From: an uncultured delta proteobacterium | GTDB lineage: Bacteria; Desulfobacterota; Binatia; UBA9968 | Direction of reading: 5' to 3' | Assembly: GCA_963840855.1 (NCBI GenBank) | Contig: CAWJBB010000014.1 | Location: 1-24,251, forward strand | DNA: 24,251 nt | Made by a program: the position numbers and the translations under genes | Notes under the pieces: model-generated | The model's database searches: none | The model's input: only the letters and a program-made list of their open reading frames with translations | What the model was told of the DNA's origin: nothing | Part shown: positions 24,124 to 24,251 of the stretch, piece after piece | Position numbering within the stretch: the stretch's first letter is position 1 | Layout of the letters: each line of letters starts with the position of its first letter

Positions 24124-24251
24124 CTAACCCTGCGGATACGTCGGCACCATGTCTGGCCGGTAAACCCATGTTTTGACCGGCCTGCCCTCCGCAAGGTTTC
24201 GCAGCTCCCGCTCCCAGATCTTGCGCAGGAGAAATACGCCGCGGTCGCTGC
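24124..24251 (-). CDS. 3' end of a probable Rieske non-heme iron oxygenase alpha subunit (partial, runs off the window)
   Basis: Minus frame reads SDRGVFLLRKIWERELRNLAEGRPVKTWVYRPDMVPTYPQG*, resembling the C-terminal (S)D.G...LR..W helix of phthalate/vanillate-type oxygenases. Confidence 0.6.
   Translation of the reverse strand, partial: SDRGVFLLRKIWERELRNLAEGRPVKTWVYRPDMVPTYPQG

Noticed and set aside
23973-24194. 73-aa minus-strand ORF
   Set aside because: It overlaps the Rieske-like C-terminus in another frame and runs through a repeat, with no RBS or motif.

Overview
A moderately GC-rich bacterial chromosomal window densely packed with metabolic, transport and envelope genes. Amidohydrolase_2 paralogues, an NMT1-like binding protein, a Rieske oxygenase tail and sigma-54 promoters suggest a deltaproteobacterial-type lineage such as Ca. 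Binatia (inference only). I identify 23 apparently intact CDSs: two MFS transporters, a CDF metal exporter, mltA, a minimal zincin, aapJQM without its ATPase, an OCD/mu-crystallin enzyme, uppP, two amidohydrolases, a Lon-N domain protein, a PPOX/F420-type oxidoreductase, YqgE/AlgH, an NMT1/SsuA-like protein, an ECF sigma/ZAS anti-sigma pair, a NUDIX hydrolase, a secreted repeat protein, a PqqC/CADD-like diiron enzyme, gor and an orphan ParB-N protein. There is also one 5'-truncated Fe-S oxidoreductase remnant and a partial Rieske oxygenase at the right edge. I see no tRNA, rRNA, CRISPR array, transposase or phage/defence gene. The most interesting signals are: (i) a shared ECF-type promoter motif linking the ECF sigma gene to an uncharacterised secreted heptad-repeat protein; (ii) a sigma-54-driven stand-alone HDO diiron enzyme; (iii) short-period palindromic tandem repeats (GTTCAA core and others) in many intergenic gaps, one sitting exactly at a gene truncation point; (iv) a nested MITE/REP-like element; (v) adjacent genes with apparently reversed localisation (signal-bearing YqgE, signal-less binding protein). 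All calls come from reading the sequence by eye; no database search was run.
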